A stretch of DNA of 63,973 nt, the filler included, from Reticulomyxa filosa (Eukaryota > Protista > Foraminifera): NCBI GenBank assembly GCA_000512085.1. It is 14 parts of 14 records of this genome, joined end to end, with 100 filler letters (N's around TTAATTAATTAA, not from the genome) between each part and the next. Parts side by side here need not be neighbours in the genome. Positions count along the whole stretch, not along the records: positions 62,911 to 63,973 come from ASPP01024075.1; 13 more parts are not named here. One strand, given 5' to 3'. Shown here piece after piece: positions 63,940 through 63,973 of the stretch. The position numbers were made by a program, and so were the translations under genes. Every line of letters starts with the position of its first letter. The stretch's first letter is position 1. The notes beneath the pieces are model-generated. The model did no database searches and was not told the DNA's origin. It saw nothing but the letters and a program-made list of their open reading frames with translations.

Positions 63940-63973
63940 TTAGGGCTTAGGGCTTAGGGCTTAGGGCTTAGGC
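63940..63973 (+). repeat. Telomere-like terminal repeat (TTAGGGC)4 + TTAGGC
   Basis: G-rich strand runs 5'->3' to the very end of the sequence after about 1 kb of gene-free AT-rich DNA. Confidence 0.75.

Noticed and set aside
62911-63973. Ciliate-style nanochromosomes
   Set aside because: Only one of 28 contig ends has a telomere-like repeat. Most others break mid-gene or at homopolymers and repeats, and the genetic code is standard.
1-63973. tRNA, rRNA, snRNA or SECIS elements
   Set aside because: None recognised by eye. tRNAscan-SE and Infernal/Rfam would be needed to exclude them.

Overview
This window is not one locus. It is 14 short contigs joined by 13 identical artificial 100-nt linkers (N44-TTAATTAATTAA-N44, with stops in all six frames), so neighbours across a linker mean nothing. 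Twelve contigs come from an AT-rich, intron-containing protist that uses the standard code, with GT-AG introns full of T/A homopolymers. Gene content and style suggest a foraminiferan such as Reticulomyxa, but this is inference. Two contigs are bacterial. 1-2409 is a decaying Rickettsiales-like fragment: a virB6 pseudogene, a triply inactivated cobT and an ISAs1 end. 4457-6006 is a GC-rich betaproteobacterial fragment with dinG and an Orn/Lys/Arg decarboxylase. Recognisable eukaryotic genes are a HUWE1-like WWE ligase, a RING-CH-like ligase, Fes1/HspBP1, ATG101, a secreted P-domain/beta-helix protein, a Myb protein, dephospho-CoA kinase, NAPRT and an amino-acid transporter. The most interesting observations are: (1) a tandem CAP-Gly plus calcium-dependent protein kinase fusion; (2) an XK-scramblase-like protein with ankyrin repeats; (3) a TTAGGGC telomere-like end; (4) a TA|CAGT-ended Tc1/mariner-like repeat family with five copies; (5) fold-back introns with A-rich acceptors; (6) a coiled-coil protein built from an RRxS-containing repeat. 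Many frameshifts sit in homopolymers and are probably sequencing errors. All family calls come from motif recognition by eye, not from database searches.
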